Notes under the pieces: generated by a model | The model's database searches: none | What the model was told of the DNA's origin: nothing | What the model saw: the letters and a program-made list of their open reading frames with translations, nothing else | Origin: Pseudomonadota bacterium | Lineage (GTDB): Bacteria; Pseudomonadota; Gammaproteobacteria; Burkholderiales; JBEEJL01 | Reading direction: 5' to 3' | NCBI GenBank assembly: GCA_043744215.1 | Contig: JAYTVC010000032.1 | Span: forward strand, 2,193 to 66,192 | Length of the DNA stretch: 64,000 nt | Shown: piece by piece, positions 1 through 9,346 of the stretch | Position numbering within the stretch: the first letter of the stretch is position 1 | How the letters are laid out: each line of letters opens with the position of its first letter | Program-made: the position numbers and the translations under genes

Positions 1-33
1 TGGACGAAACGGGGTCGAATAATTGTCTGAATA

Positions 34-249
34 TCATGATTTTGTTGCAGACTTATCGCTGGTGGCGCAGGTGCTGATGCCAAAGGGCAGATACGCGGGG
101 CACCAGCGTGTCGTGGCGGTGAACAGGGGAATGAGGCCCAGCAAGCCAAACCAGCGCGCGTTGCTATCAAGCATAAACAGCAGACTTAACAAAGCCAATG
201 CCAAAATAAACCGAAAAATGCGATCCATGCTGCCGACGTTTTTAATCAT
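34..249 (-). CDS. DUF2892 (YgaP-like) small membrane protein
   Basis: NVGSMDRIFR start, two TM segments, WCPAYLPFGIST motif; GGAG RBS upstream. Confidence 0.85.
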   Translation of the reverse strand: MIKNVGSMDRIFRFILALALLSLLFMLDSNARWFGLLGLIPLFTATTRWCPAYLPFGISTCATSDKSATKS

Positions 250-274
250 GATGATCTCCAGTGGTATTTAAAAG

Positions 275-700
275 TTAACGGGTGAACTTCGACGGCACCA
301 GATACTTGGCGGCGACGGAGCCGACGACCAAAGCCACAACAAAAATGATCGGCTCCATACGACCGAGCGCAAGCGATGCGAAAGCGGGGCCCGGACAAAA
401 GCCTGCAATGCCCCAACCGATGCCGAATAGCGCGCTGCCGAGAATCAACGGGGCGTCAATATTGTGGGCAGTCGGCACGTAGAATTTTTGCTCGAACACC
501 GGGTTGGGCCTGCGCAATACCAAGCGGAAAAGCAGGGCGGTGACGCCCACTGCGCCGCCCATCACCAGCGCCAGGCTCGGGTCCCAGTCGCCAAACAAGT
601 CGAGAAAGCCGATGACTTTTTTCTGGCTGATCATTTGCGAAATGGCTAAGCCCAAGCCGAACAGCACGCCGGCGATCAAAGAAAATATTTTTTTCTGCAT
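275..700 (-). CDS. YeeE/YedE-family sulfur-compound transporter half (PmpB-like)
   Basis: Start moved to MQKKIF (ATG at 700, TGATG overlap with upstream gene); FLDLFGDWDPSL and GWGIAGFCPGPA motifs. Confidence 0.85.
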   Translation of the reverse strand: MQKKIFSLIAGVLFGLGLAISQMISQKKVIGFLDLFGDWDPSLALVMGGAVGVTALLFRLVLRRPNPVFEQKFYVPTAHNIDAPLILGSALFGIGWGIAGFCPGPAFASLALGRMEPIIFVVALVVGSVAAKYLVPSKFTR

Positions 701-1128
701 CACGCAATCCCTATTAAGTGCCTGACCACGTATACCGTTGCGATGCCGGCACCCATGAAGGTGAGGGTCGCGGCGAGCGAGCGCATGGAGAAACGCCCCA
801 GCCCGCAGACGCCGTGGCCGCTGGTGCAACCGCTGCCCATGCGCGTACCGAAGCCGACAAGAAAGCCGCCGAGCAACAGCAAGCCGGTGGATAACGCGAG
901 CGGCTGCGGTGCCGCAGATGGCTGCGACCAGACGTAAGCGCCTGCGCCGAAAATCAGGCCGAGCAAAAACAACGCGCGCCAGGCTTTGTCTTTGTCCGCC
1001 GGGTTAATCAGACTATTGAATATGCCCGAAATGCCCGCGATGCGCCCGTTGAACAGCAGCAGCACCGTGGCGCTGAGGCCGATGAGCGCGCCACCGATGA
1101 GGGCGCTGACCGGAGTAAAGTTTTCCAT
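700..1128 (-). CDS. YeeE/YedE-family sulfur-compound transporter half (PmpA-like)
   Basis: GRIAGISG and GTRMGSGCTSGHGVCG motifs. Confidence 0.9.
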   Translation of the reverse strand: MENFTPVSALIGGALIGLSATVLLLFNGRIAGISGIFNSLINPADKDKAWRALFLLGLIFGAGAYVWSQPSAAPQPLALSTGLLLLGGFLVGFGTRMGSGCTSGHGVCGLGRFSMRSLAATLTFMGAGIATVYVVRHLIGIA

Positions 1129-1191
1129 GTTTTTAGTCTTTCAAGCGAAGTTGATTAAAAATAATTGCCGGAGTTGAAACTGAGTGATAGC

Positions 1192-1207
1192 ATACCCCGT
1201 ACAGTAT
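1192..1207. promoter_or_regulatory. CsoR/CstR-family operator-like site ATACCCCGTACAGTAT
   Basis: ATAC...GTAT inverted ends with a C-tract, in the divergent spacer next to a CsoR-family gene. Confidence 0.65.
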
Positions 1208-1259
1208 ATGTTTGCAATGCCAGGCATTAGTTCCATTGCCACGGTGATATTGTTTTCAC

Positions 1260-1295
1260 TGATGTTTGAAGTGATGTTTTAAGTGATATTTGAGG
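1260..1295 (+). repeat. Three tandem 12-bp imperfect repeats
   Basis: TGATGTTTGAAG TGATGTTTTAAG TGATATTTGAGG immediately upstream of the repressor start. Confidence 0.6.
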
Positions 1296-1305
1296 TAAAT
1301 TAAAT

Positions 1306-1584
1306 ATGCAAAAACTGCAAAGCCACGAGCATAAGCGCGATATTGTTTTGCGTCTCAAACGCATCGAGGGACAGTTGCGCGCAATCCAGCAGCAGGTTGA
1401 GACGGAAGAAGATTGCGAAGCGATTGCGCAACAGCTCTCCGCAGCGCGGCGTGCGCTGGACAAAACATTTCACGTCATGGTCGCCTGTGCCATTGAGCAC
1501 CAGCTTGACGGCCAAAAGAGCGTCACTCCGGCATTGCAAAAAAAGATCGGCAATATTTCCGCCATCATCGCGCGTTATGGTTAA
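1306..1584 (+). CDS. CsoR/RcnR/FrmR/CstR-family transcriptional repressor
   Basis: RLKRIEGQLRAIQQQV...EDCEAIAQQLSAARRALD signature. Confidence 0.9.
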   Translation: MQKLQSHEHKRDIVLRLKRIEGQLRAIQQQVETEEDCEAIAQQLSAARRALDKTFHVMVACAIEHQLDGQKSVTPALQKKIGNISAIIARYG

Positions 1585-1598
1585 TCCGTATAATAATG

Positions 1599-1628
1599 TA
1601 ACTATTTGATTATATTGAATTATTTTAT
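1599..1628. repeat. 30-bp AT-rich dispersed motif with IHF-consensus core
   Basis: TAACTATTTGATTATATTGAATTATTTTAT, identical to 54847-54876; reverse complement contains WATCAANNNNTTR. Confidence 0.7.
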
Positions 1629-3357
1629 ACCCACTGTCGGTGATTTTCGCGCCTATTGTAAATCAGGCTTCACCGCTGACGCCATCGCCGGCGTTATCAC
1701 CGCATTGCTGATTATTCCGCAGGGTGTGGCATTCGCGCTGCTCGCGGGCTTGCCACCGCAAGCAGGGTTGTATGCGAGCATCGTCGGTCCGTTGGCTTAT
1801 GCATTGTTCGGCACCAGCCGCACCTTGTCGGTGGGGCCGGTATCAGTGGCCGCGATTATGGTCGCCGCTGCGCTCGGAGCAAGCGGATTGCAATCGAGCG
1901 CGATGGATAACGCCGCGCTGTTGGCCGTCGAATGTGCGGTGATTTTTGCGGCGCTTGCCGTGTTGAAATCCGGTTGGATAGTTAATCTCATCAGCCATCC
2001 TGTGTTGGCCGGGTTTACTTCCGGCGCGGCAGTGCTGATTATTTTCAGCCAGATTCCGCAATTGGCGGGCTATGCCGGCCCGAAAGAAATTCACGGTTGG
2101 CAAAGTTATGGTGACATTGTTTCAGGCTTCGGTCGCATGCAGCCTGCGACATTCGGCCTCGGCATTTCAGTTATTGCCGCGCTGTTGTTGATAGCCAAGC
2201 CGCTTGCAAGTTGGCTGCGCACAACATCGATGCCGACGCTGGCGCAAAATGGTTTGATCAAAGTCGGCCCGTTACTCTTGATTGTGCTGAGCGCGCTAAT
2301 CGCAAGTGCTGTCAGTACAGAAAACGCCATCGCCCGCGTCGGCGCGATTCCCGCCTCGCTGCCGACTATCAGCATCGCGCCGCTCCGCAGTCCCGATTGG
2401 ATGACGTTACTGCCTGCCGCGGTGATGATCGCCATTATCGGCTATGTGGAAGGCATTGCTATCGCGCAGTCGCTCGCCAGTCGCGCGCGCGAAGCCATTT
2501 TGCCCAACCGTGAATTTGTCGCGCTTGGCGCTGCCAATGCGATGGCGGGTTTATTCGGCGCGATGCCGGTGGCGGGCGGGCTTAGCCGCACGATGGTAAA
2601 TTTTTCATCAGGGGCGACGACGCAAATCGCGTCTATCATCACGGCAGCCGTGGTCACATTGGCACTGCTGTTTGCCGCGCCGTTGTTTGCCTACATTCCC
2701 AAAACCACGCTTGCCGCCATTATCATCGTCGCTGTTTATCCGCTGATTGATTGGGTTGGCTTCAAACAAATGTTACGCATAGACAAAGGAGACGCCGTTG
2801 TGTTCGCGCTGACTGCCGCGATGGTTTTGCTACTTGGTGTCGAGCGCGGTTTGCTCGCCGGTATCGCCACATCAATTATATTGTTTTTGTGGCGCGCGGC
2901 GCATCCGCACATGGCCGAAGTGGGGCGCGTGCCCGATACGCAGCACTTCCGTAACATTAAGCGTCATGAAGTGGAGACATGGGAAGGCCTGCGTATTTTT
3001 CGCGTTGATGAAAGCCTCACCTTTGCCAACGCGGCCATTGTGCGCGACCAACTCACGCAGGCTGCGCAGAATTCCACACGAAATGTGGTTTTGCAATGCA
3101 CGGCGATCAATCACATCGATAGCACCGCGCTGGAAATGCTGGAGAGCGTCGCCCACGATTTGCGGAGTGCGGGCGTGACATTTCACTTGGCCGAAGTTAA
3201 AGGCCCGGTAATGGACAAACTGGAGCTGGCGGACTTTGTAAAACATCTGCAACCGGGAAAGATTTTTTTTCGCATGGAAGAAGTGATTGAAGCGCTGGTG
3301 AAAAAACCGGCGCAGCAAGAGTCAGGCAAGGCAGTAAACTCGGGGCAAGTTCATTGA
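1606..3357 (+). CDS. SulP-family inorganic anion transporter with STAS domain
   Basis: IPQGVAFALLAGLPPQAGLYAS, GGLSRTMVN, C-terminal STAS (INHIDSTAL); TTG start uncertain. Confidence 0.9.
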   Translation: MIILNYFIPTVGDFRAYCKSGFTADAIAGVITALLIIPQGVAFALLAGLPPQAGLYASIVGPLAYALFGTSRTLSVGPVSVAAIMVAAALGASGLQSSAMDNAALLAVECAVIFAALAVLKSGWIVNLISHPVLAGFTSGAAVLIIFSQIPQLAGYAGPKEIHGWQSYGDIVSGFGRMQPATFGLGISVIAALLLIAKPLASWLRTTSMPTLAQNGLIKVGPLLLIVLSALIASAVSTENAIARVGAIPASLPTISIAPLRSPDWMTLLPAAVMIAIIGYVEGIAIAQSLASRAREAILPNREFVALGAANAMAGLFGAMPVAGGLSRTMVNFSSGATTQIASIITAAVVTLALLFAAPLFAYIPKTTLAAIIIVAVYPLIDWVGFKQMLRIDKGDAVVFALTAAMVLLLGVERGLLAGIATSIILFLWRAAHPHMAEVGRVPDTQHFRNIKRHEVETWEGLRIFRVDESLTFANAAIVRDQLTQAAQNSTRNVVLQCTAINHIDSTALEMLESVAHDLRSAGVTFHLAEVKGPVMDKLELADFVKHLQPGKIFFRMEEVIEALVKKPAQQESGKAVNSGQVH

Positions 3358-3374
3358 TTAGATTGGAGGAGAGC

Positions 3375-4682
3375 ATGAAAACACTGCATAAAAAATTTGC
3401 GCTAACCATGATCGGTTTAGCCGCGATGCCGATGTCGGCGCAAGCGACTGATGGCTATTTTTCTCATGGCTATGGCATGCGTGCGAAGGGCATGGGTGGC
3501 GCTGCGACGGCATCAGCAGCCGATACTTTCGGCGGAGCCAACAATCCGGCCAGCATGGTGTGGGTAGGTAACCGATTTGATGTTGGCGTCGATTATTTCC
3601 GGCCCACGCGTTCGGCGTCGCGCAGCGGCAGCGGCGGCTTTGGCGCGGGCTCGCTGGATTTTTCGCAGCAAAGTGAATCGGAAAGTTTTTTTATTCCCGA
3701 GTTTGGTTACAACACGATGCTGTCGCCCGACCTCTCGTTAGGCATCACAGTCTATGGCAACGGCGGCATGAATACCGATTACCCGGGCGGCCAGTTGAAT
3801 TGCGGCGCGGGGCCGGGTACGGCGAATCCGCTATGCGGCGGCGGGCATTTAGGGGTTGATCTATCGCAACTCATTTTCGCGCCCACGCTGGCGTATAAAT
3901 TTGCGCCGGAGCATTCAGTCGGCGTATCGCCTTTATTCGGCTATCAACGATTCAAGGCCGAAGGCTTGCAGGCATTTGATAATGCCCCCGGCTTTCCGCC
4001 TTTCACCAGCGCGCCAGGCAGCGTGACCAACCGGGGCTATGATTCCGCAACGGGCTTTGGCGTGCGCGTCGGTTACATGGGTAAGCTGACCGACGGCATT
4101 GCAGTCGGTGCGGCGTACTCATCAAAAATAAATATGGGCAAACTCGATAAATACAAAGGCCTGTTCGCCCAGCAAGGCGATTTCGATATCCCTGAAAATT
4201 ACAATGTCGGCATCGCGATACGTGCTACGCCGGAGTTATCCGTCGCGGCTGATTACCAGCGCATCAACTATAGCAAAATTGCATCCGTCGGCAACACAAG
4301 TAACCGGCAAGCGGCATTGGGCACGGACAACGGCCTGGGCTTCGGCTGGAAAGACGCAGATGTTTTCAAGCTGGGCGTAGAGTACGCTTACTCCAACGAA
4401 CTAACTTTGCGCGGCGGAGTTAATCACGTCAGCAATCCGGTGCAGTCGAGTGACGTTACGTTTAACATCATCGCGCCGGGCGTGGTTGAAAATCATCTCA
4501 CGCTGGGCGCAACATTGGCGATGGATAAGCAATCCGCGCTGACATTTGCTTATATGCACGCATTTGAAAATTCGGTTAGCGGATCGTCCTTGTTCAATAA
4601 TTTTGGCCCCGGCGTGGGTGGGATGGAAAAAATCAAAATGACGCAGAATTCTTTCGGGATTTCATATGGCAGAAAGTTTTAA
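3375..4682 (+). CDS. FadL/OmpP1-family outer-membrane transport protein
   Basis: Signal peptide, TDGYFSHGYG..GMGGA and NNPA hatch motif, terminal Phe; GGAGGA RBS before ATG 3375. Confidence 0.85.
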   Translation: MKTLHKKFALTMIGLAAMPMSAQATDGYFSHGYGMRAKGMGGAATASAADTFGGANNPASMVWVGNRFDVGVDYFRPTRSASRSGSGGFGAGSLDFSQQSESESFFIPEFGYNTMLSPDLSLGITVYGNGGMNTDYPGGQLNCGAGPGTANPLCGGGHLGVDLSQLIFAPTLAYKFAPEHSVGVSPLFGYQRFKAEGLQAFDNAPGFPPFTSAPGSVTNRGYDSATGFGVRVGYMGKLTDGIAVGAAYSSKINMGKLDKYKGLFAQQGDFDIPENYNVGIAIRATPELSVAADYQRINYSKIASVGNTSNRQAALGTDNGLGFGWKDADVFKLGVEYAYSNELTLRGGVNHVSNPVQSSDVTFNIIAPGVVENHLTLGATLAMDKQSALTFAYMHAFENSVSGSSLFNNFGPGVGGMEKIKMTQNSFGISYGRKF

Positions 4683-4753
4683 AGGGGTAGTTTCAATTCA
4701 CGCGGCCATTGTTTTTGTTCAATATTATTTTCGAATTTTTATAGCGATATTTA

Positions 4754-5521
4754 ATGTCATCGTCCTCATTTGGCAGCATCGAAACCAGCGAAGAAGCCGG
4801 CGTGCGCTATTTGCATTTCGGCTCCGACTGGATTCAGGGCGCCATGCGCATACGCAAGCCCAACGCGTTGGAACTCGCCTACACGCGCGAGATGATGGCG
4901 TGTCTGCTACTGCGACAGGACGACAATTGGCTGCGCAACGCATTACTCATCGGGCTCGGGGCCGGTTCACTGACCAAATTCATCTACCACCATTTGCCGC
5001 AAACCAAAATCACCGTGGTCGAAATCAACGCCGAAGTAGTGCCCGTCGCACGGCATTTTTTCAAGCTGCCCGACGACCATCAGCGCATCAAAATCGAAAT
5101 TGCCGACGGCGTGGAATACATCAACCGCAAAGGCCGCCGCTTTGATCTGATCATGGTCGATGGCTTCGACGAAGACGCCCGAGCGGGCGAGTTGGATAGC
5201 ACGCCTTTTTACGAATCCTGCCGCGCCCGCTTGAGCGACAACGGCCTGCTCGTCGTCAACCTGCTGGGTAAAAGCCGCGGCCACAAAGCCAGCGTTGAGC
5301 GCATGCACGATGCGTTCGATGGCCGCGTGATCGCATTCCCGTCAACCGATGACGGCAATGTGATCGCGTTTGCCGCGGAGGGTTCGGCCATCGAAGTGTC
5401 GATTGATGACATGAAACAAAAAGCCCGGCAACTGAAAGCAGATGCCGGACTGAATTTGTTGCCGACGATTTCGCGGATAGAGCACTTGCGTCTTTCAGGC
5501 AAGGGCGTCATTACAATCTAA
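4754..5521 (+). CDS. Spermidine-synthase-like SAM/dcSAM-dependent transferase
   Basis: LIGLGAGSL, VVEIN, DLIMVDGF motifs. Confidence 0.75.
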   Translation: MSSSSFGSIETSEEAGVRYLHFGSDWIQGAMRIRKPNALELAYTREMMACLLLRQDDNWLRNALLIGLGAGSLTKFIYHHLPQTKITVVEINAEVVPVARHFFKLPDDHQRIKIEIADGVEYINRKGRRFDLIMVDGFDEDARAGELDSTPFYESCRARLSDNGLLVVNLLGKSRGHKASVERMHDAFDGRVIAFPSTDDGNVIAFAAEGSAIEVSIDDMKQKARQLKADAGLNLLPTISRIEHLRLSGKGVITI

Positions 5522-5571
5522 ATATTTGAACGTTTTATCGTGGGCTGCCTACAACCTCAAATCTGCAAGCC

Positions 5572-7731
5572 TCAATCATTTACCGTAAGGTCAAAACGCG
5601 TAATTACCCCAAGCGGTGTTGTGATTTTAATGGTGAGGACTCCGCTGGCGATTGTATTGCTGCAAGTGTAGGGAGTCGCCGAGCCGGCTGCATTGGCGGA
5701 TTGAGAAGCGTCGCTGGATATGAGAATCGTAAGACTCGTCGGAGTCGTCGCATTGGTATTGGGCACGATATAGCTGGTATCTGTCCCTAGCGTGCCATTC
5801 TTGGTACTGATTTGGATCGTCGTTCCCGCCGGCATGATATTGCCGTTGAGATCAAACACCTTTAATTCGAAACTTGAAGTAGGGGGAACAAATTTGACCG
5901 TTTCGGAACAAGGGGCGAGATTGATAGTTCTGGGAACGCCTGAGATCAACGCATCGCTGCCGGAAAATATTTGTATTAGCGATTGGCGCACATGAATCGT
6001 TTTGGTTTTGCCATTCGGCACTGATTGCAACACGCCATTGTAAAAACCATCCGCAGGGCTCCAAACTCCATTGCCATCGCTGTCGATATACTCTTCATTA
6101 GGGCCTGGAACGGTAACCGTATCTTGGCCATTGTTGACTGCATTTGCCTGCGCGTCAGTGATCGCACGGTCGTAACGAAACGGTTCGCGCAAATCCTGGA
6201 AGGTTTCGCCGGCATCAAACAGGTTGATGCCATTTTTGATGGCAGGGTTATCGGTGAAACTTTCTTCGCCCAATGCATAGGCCATGATCGTGACTCGGCC
6301 ATTTGAGATGTTAAGCGGAGTGCCATCACCAGGGCGCGGGTTGGATGATTTGAATCCTACCGTACAAGCGCCTCTCGGGTTTACTGAAGGCGCACTGCCG
6401 CAAGCGATATTGGCGCGCCCGGTCAGGCACGACGAGCCAATCTGTCCGCCCTCGGCTGTAAAGCTGACGGCGGTCCCATCGGGCACAGGGTTACCAAAAT
6501 GGTCTGACAAGTGTGCGGTAACCGCAGTGCATACGCCATCATGGTTCCAACCTTCAATGTTAAAAATTTCTGTTGAAAGCGAAAAATGGGACTGGTCACC
6601 AACACCGCTCGACACGACCAATTCATCGGATAGGCTGGTGATGGCCGGGGATGTGCCGTCAACAGTAGCAATAACTCGTACGGGCGTATTGATGGTGCCG
6701 GCCTTGACGACTGTTGAAACTGTGCCGTCTGCGGCAGAGGTGGCTGTGAGGGGATCTACGATCAGCCCGCCGACGCTTGTATCAAGCTGGAAACTTACTT
6801 TGCGCACGATCGGGTTGCCATTGCTGTCCACTACTTTAAATGTGACTACGGAATTTTCTAGTCGGCCAGCTCCTCCGGTACCCTTCAGCGCGATGTTGGT
6901 TGGTTTTGCATCAACAAAACTGATGGAACCTACACTTGCAGGTAACACATTGATTGAACCCGTTTTTGTAGTAGTCGCGCCTGCGAGGGTCACGGATGCG
7001 GTAATTGTGTCGGGCACACCGCAGCCTTTGTCCGTATAGCTGCTGACGGCAACGCCATTTTGCGTGACAACGGGCGAACTCAACGTCGCCTTCCCTTGCG
7101 TAAGGCAGTTGGAAGTAAATGTCACCGGAAGCGAAGCGGTGTAGGGAGCTGCGCCATTGAGTACCGTTACGTTCACGCTGGCATTTCCACCAGCGGACAA
7201 CGTGGCTGGGTTAATACTTAAGGCACTTAACGTCAGCGTGGGGAATACAACCGTGTAACCGACAGTATTTGAAGCGGCCGCATTGACAGTGCTGGCGCTG
7301 ATAGTAAACGCACCCGACACATCGCCCGCGCGTAACGTAATACTGGCGACGCCGGAAGCATTGCTCAATGCTGTCGCCGACGCTGGTACAAAGACGGCGG
7401 TTTTGTCGGTGGTGATGAATGTCACGGCAATGCCTGCTACGCCATTGCCATTCCTGTCTTTGACTACCGCTTCGAGTGTTCCTGGAGCCTCTGGCGTAAT
7501 AGCATCTGTCGTGGCGCCCGACGGATTTTTCAGCCCAAGGACAATATTGCCTTGAGGCGGCGTAGGCGTGGGCGTTGCCCTGCCGCACCCCGGCAAATTC
7601 GGATCGCGCGCAGGGTCAATGTTCTGGCAACCATTGCTGTCGCTTCCGCCGCCGCAGCTTGCAAGGGCGAACAGCGAAGCCGTTGCCAAAGTTGCGATAC
7701 CCGTTTTGATTTTATTCATAGTCGTTGCCAT
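5572..7731 (-). CDS. Ig-like (Big_1/invasin-type) repeat lipoprotein
   Basis: Lipobox LASC followed by GGG; repeated VxDxNGNP..V.F Ig strands; Thr/Ser rich. Confidence 0.75.
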   Translation of the reverse strand: MATTMNKIKTGIATLATASLFALASCGGGSDSNGCQNIDPARDPNLPGCGRATPTPTPPQGNIVLGLKNPSGATTDAITPEAPGTLEAVVKDRNGNGVAGIAVTFITTDKTAVFVPASATALSNASGVASITLRAGDVSGAFTISASTVNAAASNTVGYTVVFPTLTLSALSINPATLSAGGNASVNVTVLNGAAPYTASLPVTFTSNCLTQGKATLSSPVVTQNGVAVSSYTDKGCGVPDTITASVTLAGATTTKTGSINVLPASVGSISFVDAKPTNIALKGTGGAGRLENSVVTFKVVDSNGNPIVRKVSFQLDTSVGGLIVDPLTATSAADGTVSTVVKAGTINTPVRVIATVDGTSPAITSLSDELVVSSGVGDQSHFSLSTEIFNIEGWNHDGVCTAVTAHLSDHFGNPVPDGTAVSFTAEGGQIGSSCLTGRANIACGSAPSVNPRGACTVGFKSSNPRPGDGTPLNISNGRVTIMAYALGEESFTDNPAIKNGINLFDAGETFQDLREPFRYDRAITDAQANAVNNGQDTVTVPGPNEEYIDSDGNGVWSPADGFYNGVLQSVPNGKTKTIHVRQSLIQIFSGSDALISGVPRTINLAPCSETVKFVPPTSSFELKVFDLNGNIMPAGTTIQISTKNGTLGTDTSYIVPNTNATTPTSLTILISSDASQSANAAGSATPYTCSNTIASGVLTIKITTPLGVITRFDLTVND

Positions 7732-7768
7732 GGTGCCCCCTGATTCTTATTGGTTCAAGTGATGTATT

Positions 7769-9322
7769 TTAGTTGTGGCTAGTGTCTTGCGAGCTGTTGC
7801 TGGCGAGCTTGACGTTGTCTGATTCGGTTTCAAATAATGCAACCTGGCTTGATACATCACGACCCAGTACCAGACGCACGTCGGTAGTTGATTTCAGGTT
7901 ATTGGTTTCAAACATCTGCGGTTTGTTGCGCATGCCTTTGCTCAATGTGGCCGCCTGTACCTGATAGCCGTTGCGGTATTGGATGACCGTTTGACGCTGA
8001 TTGTAGTTTTTCACATTGGTGACTTGCTGCACATTCAAACCGCTGCCCGTTAAAACATCGCTGACTTTTTTTGCCAGGCCGCTGATGCCGTTGCCATTCG
8101 CTACTTCGAGGCGGAAAGGTTTGCTGTTGGTAAGGTCGTTAAACGCTGATTCGAGCGTGATGCGGAAAATATTCGCCACCAGTTTATCTTTTGCGGCCTT
8201 GAGCGCCACTATATTGGGCGTCAGTTCGCGCAACGCCGCGTCGGTGATCTCTTTGAACGTTTTCGATTCGGTGAGGATGGCAAGTTTCGACGCAGATAAA
8301 GTTGGCGTTTCGCTCGCCATATTTGCCGATGCCAAAGCAATGACGTTGCGGTCAACAGGCACAGATTCGAATTCAGTCAGCATCTCGGCCACCACACCCG
8401 ACGGCGCAACAACGGTTGTGACTAACGCAGGCACCGGTTTTGTTAGTGCAATTTGCGCAGATGCTTTTACCTCATTATCTGGCAGAGCCGCTACTACGGC
8501 AGCCGCAACCGAAGGACCTGCAGGCGCATTGCTGCGCTGAGGGAGCGGGGCGAGCGAATTAGCGGCGACAGAGGTCGTCGGTGTTTGAACGATGGGCATT
8601 GCAGCAACCATCAGGGGTGTTGCCGTTTTCATTTCCTGCGACTGAGGGAGTTGTAGTATGGCAGCCGCCACAACGGCAGGCGCAGCGGGTATTGCGGCAG
8701 CGGCAATGGGTGCAGTTAAAGTTTGAGTAGAAACAACAAGTGCCGACGCGTCAGTTTTCGCAGCCGCTATTTGCGGAGCAGGTACGCTGCCCTTTAACGC
8801 TTCCACCCGCGCCAGCGTCGCAGAAGCCTTGTCCGTTTCGCCATTTTGCGAATAAGCGAGTGCCAGATTATTTAACGCCCGCTCGTTACGCGGGTCAAGC
8901 ACTACCGCTTTGTTGAATGATTCAATCGCCTCGGGAAATTTATTTTGCAGGTAATAAGTAAAGCCGAGATTATTGTAAAGGTGCGCTGTCTGCGGCGAAC
9001 GCTCGATCACCGTATTGAATTCAACCAGCGCCTCTTCAAATTTTCCCTGTGTGGAATAAATGGCACCCAGCGCATTGTGGGCCTCCATGTAATTGGCGTC
9101 GATGGTGAGCGCTTTTTTGTATGCATCAATCGCCTGATCGTGCCGGTTTTGCCCTTGCAAGTAGCGGCCCAGTTGATAAAAGTCACGTGCGTTGCCGCCC
9201 GAATGTTGCACGTTGTATATCGGTTGCACGCCCCAAGCCTGTTGTTGCGGTTGCGCGGTGACGCAAGCGTGCAACACGGGAAGGCTGCACAGTAACGGAA
9301 GGGCGAGATGGATTTTTTTCAT
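7769..9322 (-). CDS. TPR + LytR_C-domain lipoprotein (TadD-like, Tad-associated)
   Basis: Lipobox LHAC, TPR repeats (AHNALG, YNNLG, LNNLA), Ala/Pro linker, C-terminal EVANGNGISGLA...LVLGRD. Confidence 0.75.
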   Translation of the reverse strand: MKKIHLALPLLCSLPVLHACVTAQPQQQAWGVQPIYNVQHSGGNARDFYQLGRYLQGQNRHDQAIDAYKKALTIDANYMEAHNALGAIYSTQGKFEEALVEFNTVIERSPQTAHLYNNLGFTYYLQNKFPEAIESFNKAVVLDPRNERALNNLALAYSQNGETDKASATLARVEALKGSVPAPQIAAAKTDASALVVSTQTLTAPIAAAAIPAAPAVVAAAILQLPQSQEMKTATPLMVAAMPIVQTPTTSVAANSLAPLPQRSNAPAGPSVAAAVVAALPDNEVKASAQIALTKPVPALVTTVVAPSGVVAEMLTEFESVPVDRNVIALASANMASETPTLSASKLAILTESKTFKEITDAALRELTPNIVALKAAKDKLVANIFRITLESAFNDLTNSKPFRLEVANGNGISGLAKKVSDVLTGSGLNVQQVTNVKNYNQRQTVIQYRNGYQVQAATLSKGMRNKPQMFETNNLKSTTDVRLVLGRDVSSQVALFETESDNVKLASNSSQDTSHN

Positions 9323-9346
9323 GATGATTTGCTCCTTTGTCTGTTA

